Shown here: in pieces, positions 11,727-25,325 of the stretch
Position numbering within the stretch: position 1 is the stretch's first letter
How the letters are laid out: each line of letters starts with the position of its first letter
Assembly: GCA_000934665.2 (NCBI GenBank)
Contig: KZ538142.1
Span: 62,001-117,185, forward strand
Reading direction: 5' to 3'
Source of the DNA: Catajapyx aquilonaris
Taxonomy: Eukaryota
DNA: 55,185 nt
Program-made: the position numbers and the translations under genes
Notes under the pieces: generated by a model
Told to the model about the DNA's origin: nothing
What the model saw: only the letters and a program-made list of their open reading frames with translations
Database searches by the model: none

Positions 11727-14717
11727 CCCAGGCAGGATTTGGCAAGTAATATCAGAGCAGCCTAGCTCTTCTCAGAAAGCACATCAATGAACACAAATAT
11801 TATCTTTATCGGAGGCTGGTATCAACACTCCCTCTCTGTTTCTGGTTGTGCCCTGAAGCACTTGCTTTTTGCTTGTTGTTGCGATTTCGCTCGGGAAAAG
11901 CAGAGCGGAGGACTCGTCCTTTTGCTTAACGAGGCGGCCTTCTTTTTTTAAAATCTTTTTTTTTAAAGTCTAGTTTCGCGTCATGAATATGCCTCGAAGG
12001 GGAGGAAGAAGGGAGGTTTTGCTTCTACCATCCAAAACAGCAGGCTGTCTTGGCTCTAGTCGTAAATAAATTATCAGCTCTTACCATTTCCTGTGCTCAA
12101 AAAGAGGATGAGTGACAGAGCACTCTTGGAAAACGATGCCCCTGTTTCTTACACCAAGGGCTCCAGCAAACTGCCAGCGGGATTGGGAGAAAACCAGAGA
12201 TTAATCGTGGCCTGGGGAGGGAAGGGAGGACAAAATGAAATATTCAAGGGAGGGAGGGGGGGGGGGGTAGTCGGAATAAGCAAGCGACGCCAGCAATTGT
12301 CATGCCCCGGTGATTAATACATTCATTGCTTGTTATCAGAGCGGCCCGGGCGCTAATCGTAATCAAGTGAGCATTGAATTCTGCTCCAGGTGGACCCCCC
12401 GCTTCCATGATTGGATTCGCAAAAATTACTTTTGGCAGAAACTGCACGGTGAAAACCTGCCTGAAATGGCTCGCGGATTCGAAGTATATAGGAATTTTAT
12501 AAAGTCTAGTTCGAATTTTTTTCAATTAATATTTGTCACGTACAACGTACAGTGCGAAATATTTTCCGCAGCTGAGACAGCCATCAATTAGCGCTTCATT
12601 AAAATTTTAAAATTGCGATCCAAACTATTCAACTTCAATTTCCGACAGGAATTCATGCATTGTACATTCGAGATGAAAATTTTTATTTCGTTTATTTTAT
12701 TATCGCTCATTTTATTAACCAATTAGTTATATTATTTCATTTCTTTCCATTACCTTACATTTTGTTGTTATAGTCTATTATTTTATTACTTTCTTATTAA
12801 TGGATCTATTGATTAAAATCGAAAATCAGAGCAATATGTTCCATTTTTTTATGGTATATTCCTTTCAGTGCCAATTAATTCAACCAGCTAGTTATGGTAG
12901 TGTGTCTTTACATAAAACTAACACTGCCAAATCCGGATTTTCACAACTCAATCAACATTACATCCAAATTTTTCTCTCGAACTCTAAGTCAATAAATCAG
13001 CAAAACTCAAATATCTGTCTCATATTGAAACCGAATATTTTGTGGAATCAACCCCCCCCCCTCCCCAACGTGACTCAAAATTCAAACAATGTATCCAGCA
13101 GCACCAACAGAACACCATGCTTGTTCCTCCCTATATATAAATTTTCATTTTGAGGAGAGAGAGAGAGAGAGGCCCAAGCAGAGAACCTCAGAGTAGTCGA
13201 ATTTACGGACTCCTGCCAACTACACTGAGCTCTATTGTGCGAAGGCGTTCCAACTTCCACTTCATGTTTATGTTTCAACTTGAAGGCTTACGTTAATTTT
13301 GCGCATGTTGAAATTCATTATGAAGGGAGGATTTTCTGGCCGCCTTCCCCTTGAAATCATAACTCTGTTGGGGAGGTTTTCCTCTGCTGGTGGTCTGCTC
13401 AGAATGATATGGAGGAATAACCTACAGGGGGGGTACGTCTGATGGACAAACGAGCTGGAAAGAACAATCCGAAAGGATTAAGCCTTTTTTTCCCCAGTGC
13501 GTTTCAAGCATTGTGATCACAAACCGCATTGGCGAAACGCACGGTTTTGCAAAGGAGCGTAATATTTTAACGCGACCGATTGTTTCGGGTTGCCAGCAAG
13601 TTTCTCCACTTGTTAGTTTCACCTAACTGAGAAGGGGGGGAGAAACTCGACGATCCAAATTATCCTCTCGGTGCTGACAAAACAAAAGCGCGTTTCCGTC
13701 TCTGTAAATTTGGTTACAAGTTCTTGTCACACGCGACGCGCAAGTGAAACCAGACTGACACGTTTTAGAGCCGGGAATAAACTGAAGAGAGGATTTAAAA
13801 CAATGTATAGGCGATGATTAATTAATTGTGTCGTTTCCTTAGAGTTAGGATTCGACAAAAGAATTTTTCAAGTAAAGGAGCGGTGCCTTTTTCTTTCAAG
13901 ACTCTCCAAAAAGACCTTTGATGATATAATGGGGGGAAAGGAAAAAGCAAGTGCACCATACCGTACTCGACAGGTTCTCAGGATGCTTGTTAACAGGTAA
14001 AGATTTTTTTTCAAGAACTCATTGAACTAGCTGGATCCTATCGGCGGAAATAATTGAAGCCTGCTTATTTGCAGCTCTTGACCATTTAAGTTGATGAGTT
14101 CCAAATATAGGTCAGTTGCTGGGAGTGCGAATTATTTTGTAAACAAAATGATGACATTAAAATAATTTCTCTGCATATTGCAATTACGAGGCCACCACTT
14201 AACTAATTATCGCGCATGCAATTTTACTAACATGCTGTGACGCATTGCACTCCATTATTACGGGTAATTTTTGTAAGACAATGAGTCATTGGTTTAATCA
14301 CTCGCGTAATCAGGCGTACCTTGTGTATGTCAAACAATTACGCGTAATAAAAATTGCAATTAATTTGCAATCTACGTGAGAGTGAAAATTTCACCCTGGA
14401 ACATAGGACTTTGTTCTGCAGCAAGGCTTTAGGTGAAAAACCCAGCAATGAGAGACACAGCTTCCAAGTTGTGACCGCGGTAGTGCCGGATCGAAGTGCT
14501 TTCCTTTCCTCTCCTGGCCACTACTCACCCGCAACTCCCAAGCCTTTGGTGTTGGGCTCCTAACATTAGGACCCCCCTCGTTACTCTCACCGAGGATTAG
14601 TGGAGAGAGTTGGGAGGACCGCCGATCATTTTGCAAGCACAAGACAAAACTTATGCTCCGGACCACAGTTGTTAAAAATTTACGTCCATCCGGTGGGATG
14701 AAGAGATGTTGGTATAG

Positions 14718-14753
14718 ACTCACCTGCAAGGAAAGAAAAATTGCGATTAGTAC
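14718..14753 (-). promoter_or_regulatory. Candidate recursive splice site (ratchet point) RS-2; junction 14724|14723
   Basis: Minus strand reads gTACTAATcgcaatttttctttccttgCAG|GTGAGT: branch point (A at -24), polypyrimidine tract, acceptor directly abutting a consensus donor. Confidence 0.75.
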
Positions 14754-17700
14754 ATGACACAATCATACTCGGCATAATTTTTTAAAACTAGCGTAAACCC
14801 CCTTAGTCCGAGACTAGTGTAGACTATCCTTCTATTTAGGAATCACATTTATTTCCTGATATAAAAACACATAGTATCACTATCAACCCAAGAGGTTCGG
14901 ATTGTTCGTCCTATTTTTCTCCGATTATTATCAGGAGGCATGATTTTTTCGAGGAGGAATAACCGAGAGCGGGGAGGTTATCAACTTGCAAGTCATGGTG
15001 ATGTCTCAGAAAAGTCGCCTCCGTAACAAATCCTCCCTCGAGAAGAGAGCGGTTCTTATCATGAAAAAACACTATCACCAGAATCCCCTCCGCAAGTCAA
15101 AACGTATTTTTTTTTCGGAAAGCGACAGGACAGGGGGGGGGGGCTTTTACTTTGGCCTAAGTCTAATTTTCCAACCTTGTTTTTCTTTGTCCGGAAAGGT
15201 CGATTTATTCTAAACAACATTTTCCTGGCAGGAAGAGGAGGCGGCATGTAAGCCATTAATGCAGGTTTAATCAAATTAAATTTGAAGCCCTAATAAATTC
15301 CGAGGGACTCAGAACGTGGAGAGNGGGGGGGGTAGGCCCTGCCAGCAAAATTTTAAATGGTGATTACGTTTTCAGGATGGGAATGGCAAAACGATCCACC
15401 TGAAAAGCAAAGCAGGCCTCTGCAAATCGGATTACAACTATGGGGAGAGGCAGAGACGATGAGAAAAAGAAAGTTGAAACATGAACTACTAACAGCAGAG
15501 AAGAAAATGAATTTTTGTGAGTGTGTGGCATACCGCAATTTCATCAGTCGCAGATCACCGGTTGTTGCCTCTCCCATTTTCATTTCTAAGCCTCTCAAGT
15601 CAAACGAGTTTATTATTTAAAAGGTTCAGACTCAAAAGACACTAGGTTTCAGAACAATCCGGTAATGCCTGGTTGCAATGTCGCTCAAATCTAATCAAAA
15701 TTAATATAACAAAATATGACTGCAGGGAATCAATGCGAGGCGTGGTTGGCCACCTCAGATGAGGTAATGCAAAACTTGGTCTTATTGTTTTCAATTCACC
15801 GGCTGTGCCAAAATCGTGTCGAGACAACCCGCTGCTGTTATCATAAATGGACCCAGGGCTATCCAGCTTTAGTTAACCGACTGTCAATCCACTGATTGCT
15901 CCATCAATCATCGGAAGCTGGAAGGTGCGGTGTACGCCTCTGCGCCATGAAAGAAAGGAGGGTATAGGGTAGGGTTGGTGTGCGGGGGATGGGGGTACAA
16001 ACTAACCCCACTTCACCCCCTCCCAGAGTTTCCCCTCTCTAGAAAAAGAGAGCAGCGTAAATGGCCCCTTGCATGTTGATACTCCGTCGGCTTCCTGCTA
16101 ACGTTGACGAATTGGGAGGTGGGTTTGCAGAACGGCGCCAAGTCATGGGGGTTTCGCAGTATTTTTTTGCGACTACTTTTCCTGCTCCACGCTCCACGGT
16201 GCCTTGTTCTCCCACTCACCCACCCCCCAAAAAATCCAAAGCTCCAGGAGAAAATGGAGGCCAGAATTTTAGCTCTTCTCAAGATTTCCCACTTATTCCA
16301 AATACTTTTCGCAAAATTTAAAAAGCCCCAAAAATGGTTATTTCAGAGCACAGCAATTCTGCTGCGGGCTGAAGCAATGCATCACACACACTAAGCTTTT
16401 GCAAAAGATGAAGGCGGATGAAAGAAGAAGAAGAAGAAGAAGAAAAAAACGCGAACTGGATAATATCCGCGGCAATTGCCAATTTAGCGAGAGCTCCGTT
16501 GAAAGTGAGGAACGCGATTCCGGATTCCTGACGGATCCAATCTCTTCCCTCCCTCCCACCATCTATTGATAGGCTAATTTTCGCAAAAATCTTGCACACC
16601 AGAGTGTGAAATCGACATCGAATTCTGAGGGTGTTCTATGAGCCCCCTGCAGGCCCGCTCACACTCTTCAAAGTGGAAATAAGTGACTATCACGCAGCCT
16701 TTGATACGCAAAGTTCGCGTTGGACTGGGTTAATTATCGGTTAGCGCCTGCAGTGCGACACAGCCGATGTCGCCACACCATTGAATCCGAGGTTCCTCAT
16801 GTTCGGCATCCATAGAAAAGAAACGTTAAGCCCGTCTTTTTTGGTGGGCGTCTCCAGGCAGTGTAATCCACTCAGTCTGGAACAATCTTCCCATGGCGAC
16901 CGCAAGAAAGTTGACCAGATCACCTCCCATAATCCTCAGCGTCGTCCAACCCCACGACTCCTTCCATTTCCTCCACGTCTTTTCCGGATTACCAACACTT
17001 CACTTCGTCCCCACCCCCCTCTGGAACCATCCGGAAAAAAAAATAGGACTGATACATCACGCAGGCTTTGAAACATGAGGACAGCAGGCAGCACACGTAC
17101 GCCTCCTAACATGCGTGATGCACTCTGCTCGCCCATCCTAAATCATCCGGACAACACATTAGGAAATGGACCACGAACAGGTCCGGACACGGGCTCGGAG
17201 CAAAATGAAGAGTTGCAGTGACCGAGTAACTTGCGCGCACACACACACAAAAGCCTATGGAAACTTGATCGCACCAAAAATGGCAACTACCATATGATTT
17301 TGGATTCAAAATGGCGACGTTATCAGACTTGATATGGCGCCTGCCACGTGGTCGGATCCAAAATGGCGGCCACGTATTGAATTGACCCTAAGGACGCAAT
17401 TAACTCCAATTAATTAATATTCTGTCCTTATTATTCTCTATAGACCTTGCTATAGACTATAGAGGGATAAAGTAGTGATGTAAGTCACACACTCCTCACC
17501 CTCCACCTACCCATTAAAAATTATGATCGGATAATATTTCCGGGGAGGTAAGCTAGGCCCCTTCCCCTCCCTCCCCCTGCCTCCAAACCCGAATTTATCG
17601 AGCGCAGAAAAACATTCATTACCTAATGAGAAATGATTACCCAATGCCCGAGTATGACATCTCTCATCAATCACCAAAGTTTGCTCCACGTCGAAACCCG

Positions 17701-18289
17701 ACACTGTAGCAGTTTGCACATGTCAAACGGGGGAGGTCATAACAGACGGTCATAAACGTCGCACCGGTACTCAAACCACTGTTAGTTTTAACAAAAAAAC
17801 GATAATTCAGGGCGGGGGNGGGGGGGGGAATTATATGCATGTGCGCTTATTCAAACAAAAACATATTGGACACGTTTCCGTTATAGACAGGTTTGCAGAT
17901 TAGTTACTAACAGGGTTCAAATAATCACAAATCATTCACGGCTCCAATAATAAACATAACAGTACATTAATATTTTGCATATAAATATTATGAAATAAAT
18001 AAAACTAATTCAAATAAGTAAGATATAAGTTATTGTAATGAACATAAAATATGCAAGTACGTATAACAGAACGGAATATAATTAATATATAAAATATCAT
18101 TTCGTACAATGATTTAATAAATAACATACTATTAATACAGTAAATGAACCGATTTAATAAAATAATTTAATTTAGCGGAATAACAATTTAATAAAACAAA
18201 ATGTAGTTTAACATGTATAGATTTAATAATTACATATCATAAAACATATAACAAAATAAAATTTAGCCTGATACATTACAAAAGATAAG

Positions 18290-18321
18290 AAATAAATAAA
18301 TAAATAAATAAATAAATAAAT
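18290..18321. repeat. (TAAA)n microsatellite at the end of an AT-rich tract
   Basis: About 8 copies. Confidence 0.9.
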
Positions 18322-19659
18322 GGAACACCTCTGCTTTGGCGTAAGGTTATGCTGAGCATTTGCAAAAATTCCACTTTAGTGGCTACACAAAAATTCCGGT
18401 TGCGATATCAACGAACCCTGGCATTGTAAAGAGATCGGCCACCGAGTGGGCCGACCCCTTTCCTACCAAAATTTAATAAACCGTCTGGATCCCCCCCCCN
18501 CCCCGCCCCCTTCCTTCTAGGAAAAAAAAAGAAAAGAAAGAAAAGAGAAGGAAGCTCCTCCTAGGGGCTTTCATCTATGGTAAGATAGGTTTCCCTTCCA
18601 ATACCCAACAGCAATAGAATGATAAATCCGTTTGAAATATAGACGTGAGTCAATATTGCTTCAGCTCCATTGATCCAGCTGCTGGAGTCCCATTGCAACC
18701 TGTCCCTGAGGCTCATTCAATAGCACCAAGAGCGAAGAAAAGAAAATTGGTGGGAGGAGGTGGGTGGGGTGGGGAGGAAATAAAAAAAAGGGGGGGAGGA
18801 GGAGAAGAAAATGATTGCTGCTTCACAAAACCAAAAAACCAAGAAGAAGAAGAGGAAGAAGAAGAGGCTTTCACTCTTCGATTGTATACAGGGTGGTGCT
18901 ATGTCCAAAATCAGCCTAGCCAGCCCACAACCAGCCTCTCATTTGCCTCCCACACACAAGTGTTCCCACTTTCCCCGGTGACCACGGGCGGGAACCCAGA
19001 CCTGGGCGGGAACCGTAACGTCAACACAACACACGTTGCGCGTTACATAGAACAGTAGGCATGAGGTTCAGCGCTACTCTATCGTGACTTGCGGATTGTT
19101 GCGACCCACTCCGGACAACTCTGCCCAGATGACGACCTTGCCTTGAGTTGTGTAGATGAGAAGTGCAGCACCCTGTAACACCTTAGGTGGGTGGTCGCAG
19201 GGGTGGAAAGCGGTCAGAGCAAAAGTGGCAAGAAGTGAGGTGAAGTGGAAACATGGCCTGGAGTGACATTGATGGAGTGACCGGGAGTGGTGGGTGGGGA
19301 AGGAGGCCACCCAAACTTTTTTTTTTTACTTTCTCTCTCTCTCTCTTTCTTCTACTTTTTTTTTTTGCCAACCCTGTTCCTGACGGATAGCTTTGGCCAC
19401 CTTGTCCCGGCCTCGCTCCAGGGAAAGAATGCCTGCAGCCGGGGCTTCCAATCAATGGCGAGGAAGAGTCGGGCTTGTCACGTCTGACAGCCCATGATTT
19501 GACGCGTGTCTGAGGTGACAACCCGCAGGACCTCTTGCTGTCGAGTCACCCGCACACACCCGCGGGTTTTCCAAACACTGTCCGTTTCACTTGCCAATTA
19601 TTGCCACTAATCCCGTTACTAAGCAGTTATATCACGAGTAATTAGTTGGACAATGATAA

Positions 19660-20241
19660 GTGCCACTGCTATTTAAAGTATAGCAGCGACTTCTACAGGC
19701 GATAAACAGCAGCTCAGTTTAGAGCTGAATTTATTTCCAGAGATTAGTGAGGTTTGACTGCCATGGAATTCGGTCGCCATGGCAACCAAACCTGGGCAAA
19801 CAAGCGAACAAACAAACTTTGCATTTTATAATAATAGTTAATAATACACGTGGTCATTGCTACTGCTACATCGATTTTCACTGGTGATACATAGCTGCTA
19901 AGCTTAGAGCTGAATTTATTTTAGAGAGTAATGAGGTTCGGTTGCCATTGAATCTGGTCTCACAGACAGCCAAACCTGGACAAACAAACATACAGGCAAA
20001 AAACAAACAAACAAACCTTGTCTGATATAATAAATTAAAAGTTAATAATACATGGTCACTGCTACTGCTACAGCTATTTTCACTGCCAACTATAGCTGCA
20101 AAGCTTAGAGCTGAATTTATTTTTGAGCTTTTACATATTAATGTTAAAGAGGTTTGGTCGCCATGGAATCCGGTCACCATGACAACCAAGCCTGAACAAA
20201 TAAACAAACTGACAAACTTTGCATTTTATAATAAGAGGGGA
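19660..20241 (-). mobile_element. Three tandem ~185-200 bp units, each with a Helitron-like 5' end
   Basis: agagctgaatttattt recurs at 19721, 19906 and 20107. On the minus strand the array begins A|TCCCCTCTTATTATAAAATGCAAAGTTTG followed by (TTTG)-type repeats, resembling the 5' ends of non-autonomous arthropod Helitrons. No clear CTRR 3' end was found. Confidence 0.65.
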
Positions 20242-21302
20242 TTAATGAGAAACTTTGGGCACCCACTCCGGATAACTTGTGAGGGCGATAAGAAGCTCTG
20301 GGCGCCATGACAGTTTAGGAAAACGTTCTGTGAATTCGCGGCCTATTTTAATCGTTTCAAATGGAATCTATATACCAAACCCTGCATTAATGCGATCCAG
20401 ATCAAGATTTCCGCAGTGTGTTTAGACCCCTCTGCGCCTAGATGATATCGGGGCACACCCGAAACAGTATGTGTTTTTGCGGCAATCGATAGCTAGATGA
20501 GCAGCGAACAGCTTGCGCCCCACGACCGGTCAAGTCACATGCAACCCCGTTAACGCCAGGAATGATATTTACTACCGGACGTCCCCCCAAGACCAACCAG
20601 TGCAACTGCAGTGTTTATGTCATAAACGATAATTCCCCAAAGAGCAAACCCTGATTTTTTTGTACTTTTTTTTGGTACGCTTCAGGAGGGCGTAAATTCC
20701 GTGCTCGCACGCTTCAAATCGTGACCGGCATTTTGAAAATAACTCTCTCACTCCCTCCCTCCCCTCCCCACCCTCCTACGTTTGCCAAAATAAGGCAGCT
20801 ATATCTGGGCACCCACCGACAGCCCTACAAGTGCGGAAGAAAATATGCCAACTTCCGGTCCCCTTTAAATGTGCAACCATTAGCAATTCATCTGACCTAA
20901 TTTTAGAATAAGCACACATACATTCACATGCACCACACCCACACATGCACACCCTCCAAAAAAGCAGCTAGATTGTCACGACTATTTGTAAAGATCACTA
21001 TTTCTGATCCATACAAGCGGAAAATATTTGTCGGCTGGAAAAGTGGGAGAAAAATAGTGTGGTCAGTATAACCATTCATTTTTCCAATTCTGCTTTCACT
21101 TGTCCACAATAACACAATGGCAATAACAGCTAACAATAATAATAAACAAAATAAATGAACACAACAAAAGCGATCAACAATGATAAGTAATTGAACTATA
21201 ATGGTGGATATTGACAAAGAATGATTGATAAATACAAATATTGATAAGATTCAGTGCAGCAAATATTGGCAGAAATAATAGCGTATGTAGAATTGGCTAG
21301 GG

Positions 21303-21388
21303 TTCTGTATGTCCGCGGTGAGTCATCATTAGTGTGAAGATAGGGAGGATACGCCATATATGTGAGAAACATGCTGCTATGTCCACAA
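21303..21388 (+). mobile_element. Family X, diverged copy
   Basis: tgtccgcggtgagtcatca...cgccatatatgtgagaaacatg. Confidence 0.6.
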
Positions 21389-22535
21389 TCCGGGAGAAGG
21401 GCGATGTTGCCAAGTTTTGGCAAGATGTTCACGTTCGCACAACTAATGAGTAGTCTATATATAAATGGTAAAAAGGGAAATTAATTAACTAATTGAAAGA
21501 AAATATAACAATAAAATGACTTCAACGAGCTGTAGCAGTGATCACTCTTATGCGGAAATAGCCGTTTTGCTCAATGCCCGTTTGAACGCACACGCACACA
21601 CACATTGTGACAAAAGCAGTTTGGGATTACAGCGTCCCTTCCCTGGCCATAAAATGTAACAAAAATGAAACTAATGTGACTGAATTTGAGATCAGTGAGC
21701 CCAACTGATCGAGCATATTAACCGGGTCTGATTGGATGGGCAAACAGAGTTTTGGATGGCAATTTCCCGCGATGATTGGGGGGGGGGGGGGGGGGGCCCC
21801 CNNNNNNNNNNNNNNNGGGGGAGGCCTCCCACCCCCACCTCCACCCACCATACCAGCAACCAAAACCAGGCCTCAATGCCGATCGAGGTCTTTTGAAATC
21901 CGGTGAATCCGGCCGCAAACAAAAATATGAAGCGCAGATCAAAGGAGCCCAACAAGCAAGCCTTGTATACCGGAGCCCCGGATAAACCGGAGCGCTAAGT
22001 TCATCAGTGGGTGGTATGGGAGGGGTGGTGGTAGGGTAGGTCTATAACTTCGTGTTTTTTTTTCCCCCTTCCCCAACCAGGCCCCCCGTAAATGTGCTGC
22101 TGGCATGTCATTCGGAATAACCCGGACTGATTTAAATCCGGGGCAGCAGCAAGCACAGGGCGAACCGTAAAAAGCAGCACCTCGGCTCTTAACTAAGCGA
22201 TGTTGAAAAGTACCCAGTTGGTTCAATCCACCCTGTACTTATCCTGCTGTTGCCCGCTGCTTCGTTTAGTCCGGTAATTACTCCGGTAGCTCGGACAGGA
22301 AAAGGGGGCGGACTGGCCCCCGGATTTTTGCTCGTTTTCTAACTGAAGCAAACTTAATCACAGCCAGATGAGAAAAGTGTGTGCTCCGGAGTCAAATCAG
22401 CTTTTGCATGGGAAAAAGAACAGAAGGGGGGACAGCCAATGTAGGGCTTTCCTTCCGTGCAATTTGCCAAACTGGGAAGGAGCAAAATCACTCTTGAAAA
22501 TCCAGTCCACACCTTGAATATGATAGAACTAAGCC

Positions 22536-22853
22536 ACTGTCCACGTAGTACCATACCCCTCACACAGATGGCGCACACTTTTGCCACTCCCAGGGTCGTT
22601 CGAGGGGAAGTAGTACAGTTCTGGACATTAACAGTGTACTGGTGGCGCCATGATCCGATAGCGGCAAAAGAGCGAATCGAAATTTGCCTCCGGATGACCT
22701 CCACCTGATTTATGATCGAGCGAAGGTGGTCATTCGGAGGCAAATTTCGATTCGCTCTTTTGCTCATGGCGCCACCAGTACGACACCATTAATGTTCAGC
22801 ACTGTACTACATGCTGCACCTAGCTCAATCCGGACAAACAGAGGCACAGACTC
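22536..22853 (-). mobile_element. Family X copy carrying a nested MITE
   Basis: actgtccacgtagtaccatacccctcacacagatggcgc at the left end, ggacaaacagaggcacagactc at the right end. Confidence 0.8.
22616..22804. mobile_element. Tc1/mariner-type hairpin MITE with TA duplication
   Basis: TA-CAGTTCTGGACATTAA ... TTAATGTTCAGCACTG-TA; inner arms gtactggtggcgccatga / gcaaaagagcgaatcgaaatttgcctcc are inverted. Confidence 0.85.
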
Positions 22854-23482
22854 CAACAACAGCACTCACAGCAGGTCCAGAGACACAGAGTTTCTCTGAA
22901 GCCCTTCTGCAGTCCGGCCCTTGTCGCCCGCCACTGAAAAGCAACCCCCCCCNNNNNNNNNNNNCCACCACCACCACCATTCAAAAGGTCTCCCCACCTC
23001 CCCCCAAACCCTGAAAAGGTATGCAAATGTAGCAGCAGGTCAGTGTCCCTGGGAGCCTCCCCGGAAACTGAGCCGCCATTTATCAGTGGCACGCATCTTA
23101 TAAACGCATTATCCAGTGGTAACACCACCACACACAGGACCGGACGGTCAATGCCGAAGAAAAGAGGCTTTGTGATCTCCCATCCCACCCCCCACCTCAC
23201 CACCACCTACCTTCCAAGCCGAACCACTAAATAATTGGATTTACGGTCTTGGAAGGGTTAATAATAACCACAATGAGGCGCGTAATGAGCGTGCAGGTGG
23301 CGCCAGCGGAAGACAATGAGGCGTTTATACACACCATCAGTTAAATGCGCCTTGCTGTGCTGGGCGGGGTCCATTCGTTTTAATTAGGGGGATATTTTCG
23401 CCCACCACCTTCCAACCCTGTTTCTAAGCGAGCCTAAGATATTTTTTTTTGGTCTATCTATTATCTCATATAGATGCCCAGA

Positions 23483-23608
23483 CACGAATGTTATCCTGAC
23501 TGTTCAATGCAACCCATTCGACTGTCTTGAACAACGGGTTGCTTCACTCCCAGGATATTTTTAGTGTTCCCAGCACATTGTTGCACATCAATGTGAGCGA
23601 ATAAATTG
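23483..23608 (+). repeat. Dispersed repeat fragment, copy of 1897-2050
   Basis: Direct homology by eye over more than 100 bp; a 43-nt poly-A follows at 23660-23702. Confidence 0.8.
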
Positions 23609-23657
23609 ACCCGCGAGAGTCCAGGTGGGGGATACAAATCGAGGGGGTGTGGGTGTT

Positions 23658-23703
<46 letters not shown>

Positions 23704-25221
23704 GAAATTGAAAGAGAGAGTAACTCACATCAGGCGGTCCAATGGCGTCGGCCAGGTTCTGTGTAATGGAAATTCAGTGTTTACAGAGGCTCCAATTCAG
23801 GGCGTCACTTGGGGAGATATTTCCACAGGAAATGGCACGCATTTTTTTGTTTAGTTGGCCATGTTGCCACGGACGCCAATGGTCGACCGGCGTGTAAAAA
23901 TTGGCTAAAAACTGCAATCTCGACATGTTCTGATAAATTGCGGACATCTTTTTTTTTTGCGAAATTCCCTCGTCTTCTAACAGTGCACAAGGTCTGGCGG
24001 GTTTTCATTATGAAGGCGCATAATAAGTGAGTCCGGATCGTTATGCACACAAACTCCGGGTTTCTAGTGAAGAGAGGGGTAGGGCAGAGGGGCGATTATT
24101 ATGCGCCCTACAGCATACGTGCAAACAAGGCCCCGGAACAATAAGCGAAAAACAATTGTGCCGCTCCAGCCTTCACGGACTGCTGGGTTTTGGGCCACTG
24201 TTGCTGGAAAAGCTCTGGAGGGAAAAAGGTGTAAGAAAATGTTAAGAAACAATGAACTAACAATTAGCTGGTACGACTGGCCGTATATATAGTAATAAAA
24301 GTTGAACTGAATTTTTTGCTTTAAAGAAAGGTGATATTCTGGCTTTGACCAGTACAAAATTCTGACTTTGAAAGCTGTTACGCCAACCTTTTAAAATTTT
24401 TGTATCGACACCCCTGGCCCCCAAGGCGATTAAATATGTTTACAAAACCTGGTAAGCCCCCAGAGCGAGCAGGTCAGTTCGAGAGAGGCGGATAATACGA
24501 GCAATTTTTTATATTTAAAAAAGTTCAAAGAATCGCAAATATTGGTTTCCGCCCGCTTTTTTCCCCTATAGGAGAGATCCAACCTGTGGTCAGCTAGTTT
24601 GCTAACGTCCATTTTACTCTAGTTGCTTGGGATTTCCATCAGAAATTGCGGGGCCCATTACTGCTTCCAGCAAGCCTCTCCTTTCTCCAGCTGACATCAC
24701 GGCCTATCTGCAAGAACGGGTCAAAGGGAGCGGCAACATTAACGCCATTGTGACTTCGCCTCTAACGAAGTGGGGCTGTCTCAGGATTAAACACACTGCC
24801 CCCATCAAGCTAATGCCTCTCCCCCCCTCGTACTCTTATCAACAAGAAAACGCAGAATTTCTAGAGAACAGGCAGTCAGCTCTCCCATAATTACTCCTAT
24901 TTTGGGAACCCGCAAATTATTGAATAACTAGAGTACATCAGGTTTCGTGCACACTACTCCCACGCTTTTCACAGGTCAAATTCCGCCATATTTGCGATCT
25001 AGTTCTCGCGCAAGTGTTTTTATTTTTTGGTCTTCCTCCCAATTTTTTAAGGATGTGGTCCTGTCATGTGGTTGGTGACGAGATGGCCCGAGCAGCAGCC
25101 TCCGCATTGATCCTGGCAGCCTGCTCCAGCTGCCCAAACTCCAGCGTCTTAATCCCAGATATTATATGCCGCTGCAAAACTTGGCAATGTGTCCATGTTA
25201 CAACATCTATAACATGGAATT

Positions 25222-25325
25222 GAGTACGAGCCGCTGTTTGTCCGGGGTGAGTCATCATGAGGTGCATGTAGTACTCCTAACCCTGAGAGTGGCGGTAGTG
25301 TGCAGGGGCGCCATCTATGTTTGAG
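25222..25325 (+). mobile_element. Family X copy
   Basis: gagtacgagccgctgtttgtccggggtgagtcatca..aggtgcatgtagt...gcgccatctatgt. Confidence 0.7.

Noticed and set aside
17606..17640. Minus-strand catttctcatTAG|GTAATG
   Set aside because: Weak tract and donor, no well-placed branch point.
18517..18550. Minus-strand long polypyrimidine tract ending in TAG
   Set aside because: A low-complexity A/G run next to a poly-C/N join; no branch point or downstream exon evident.
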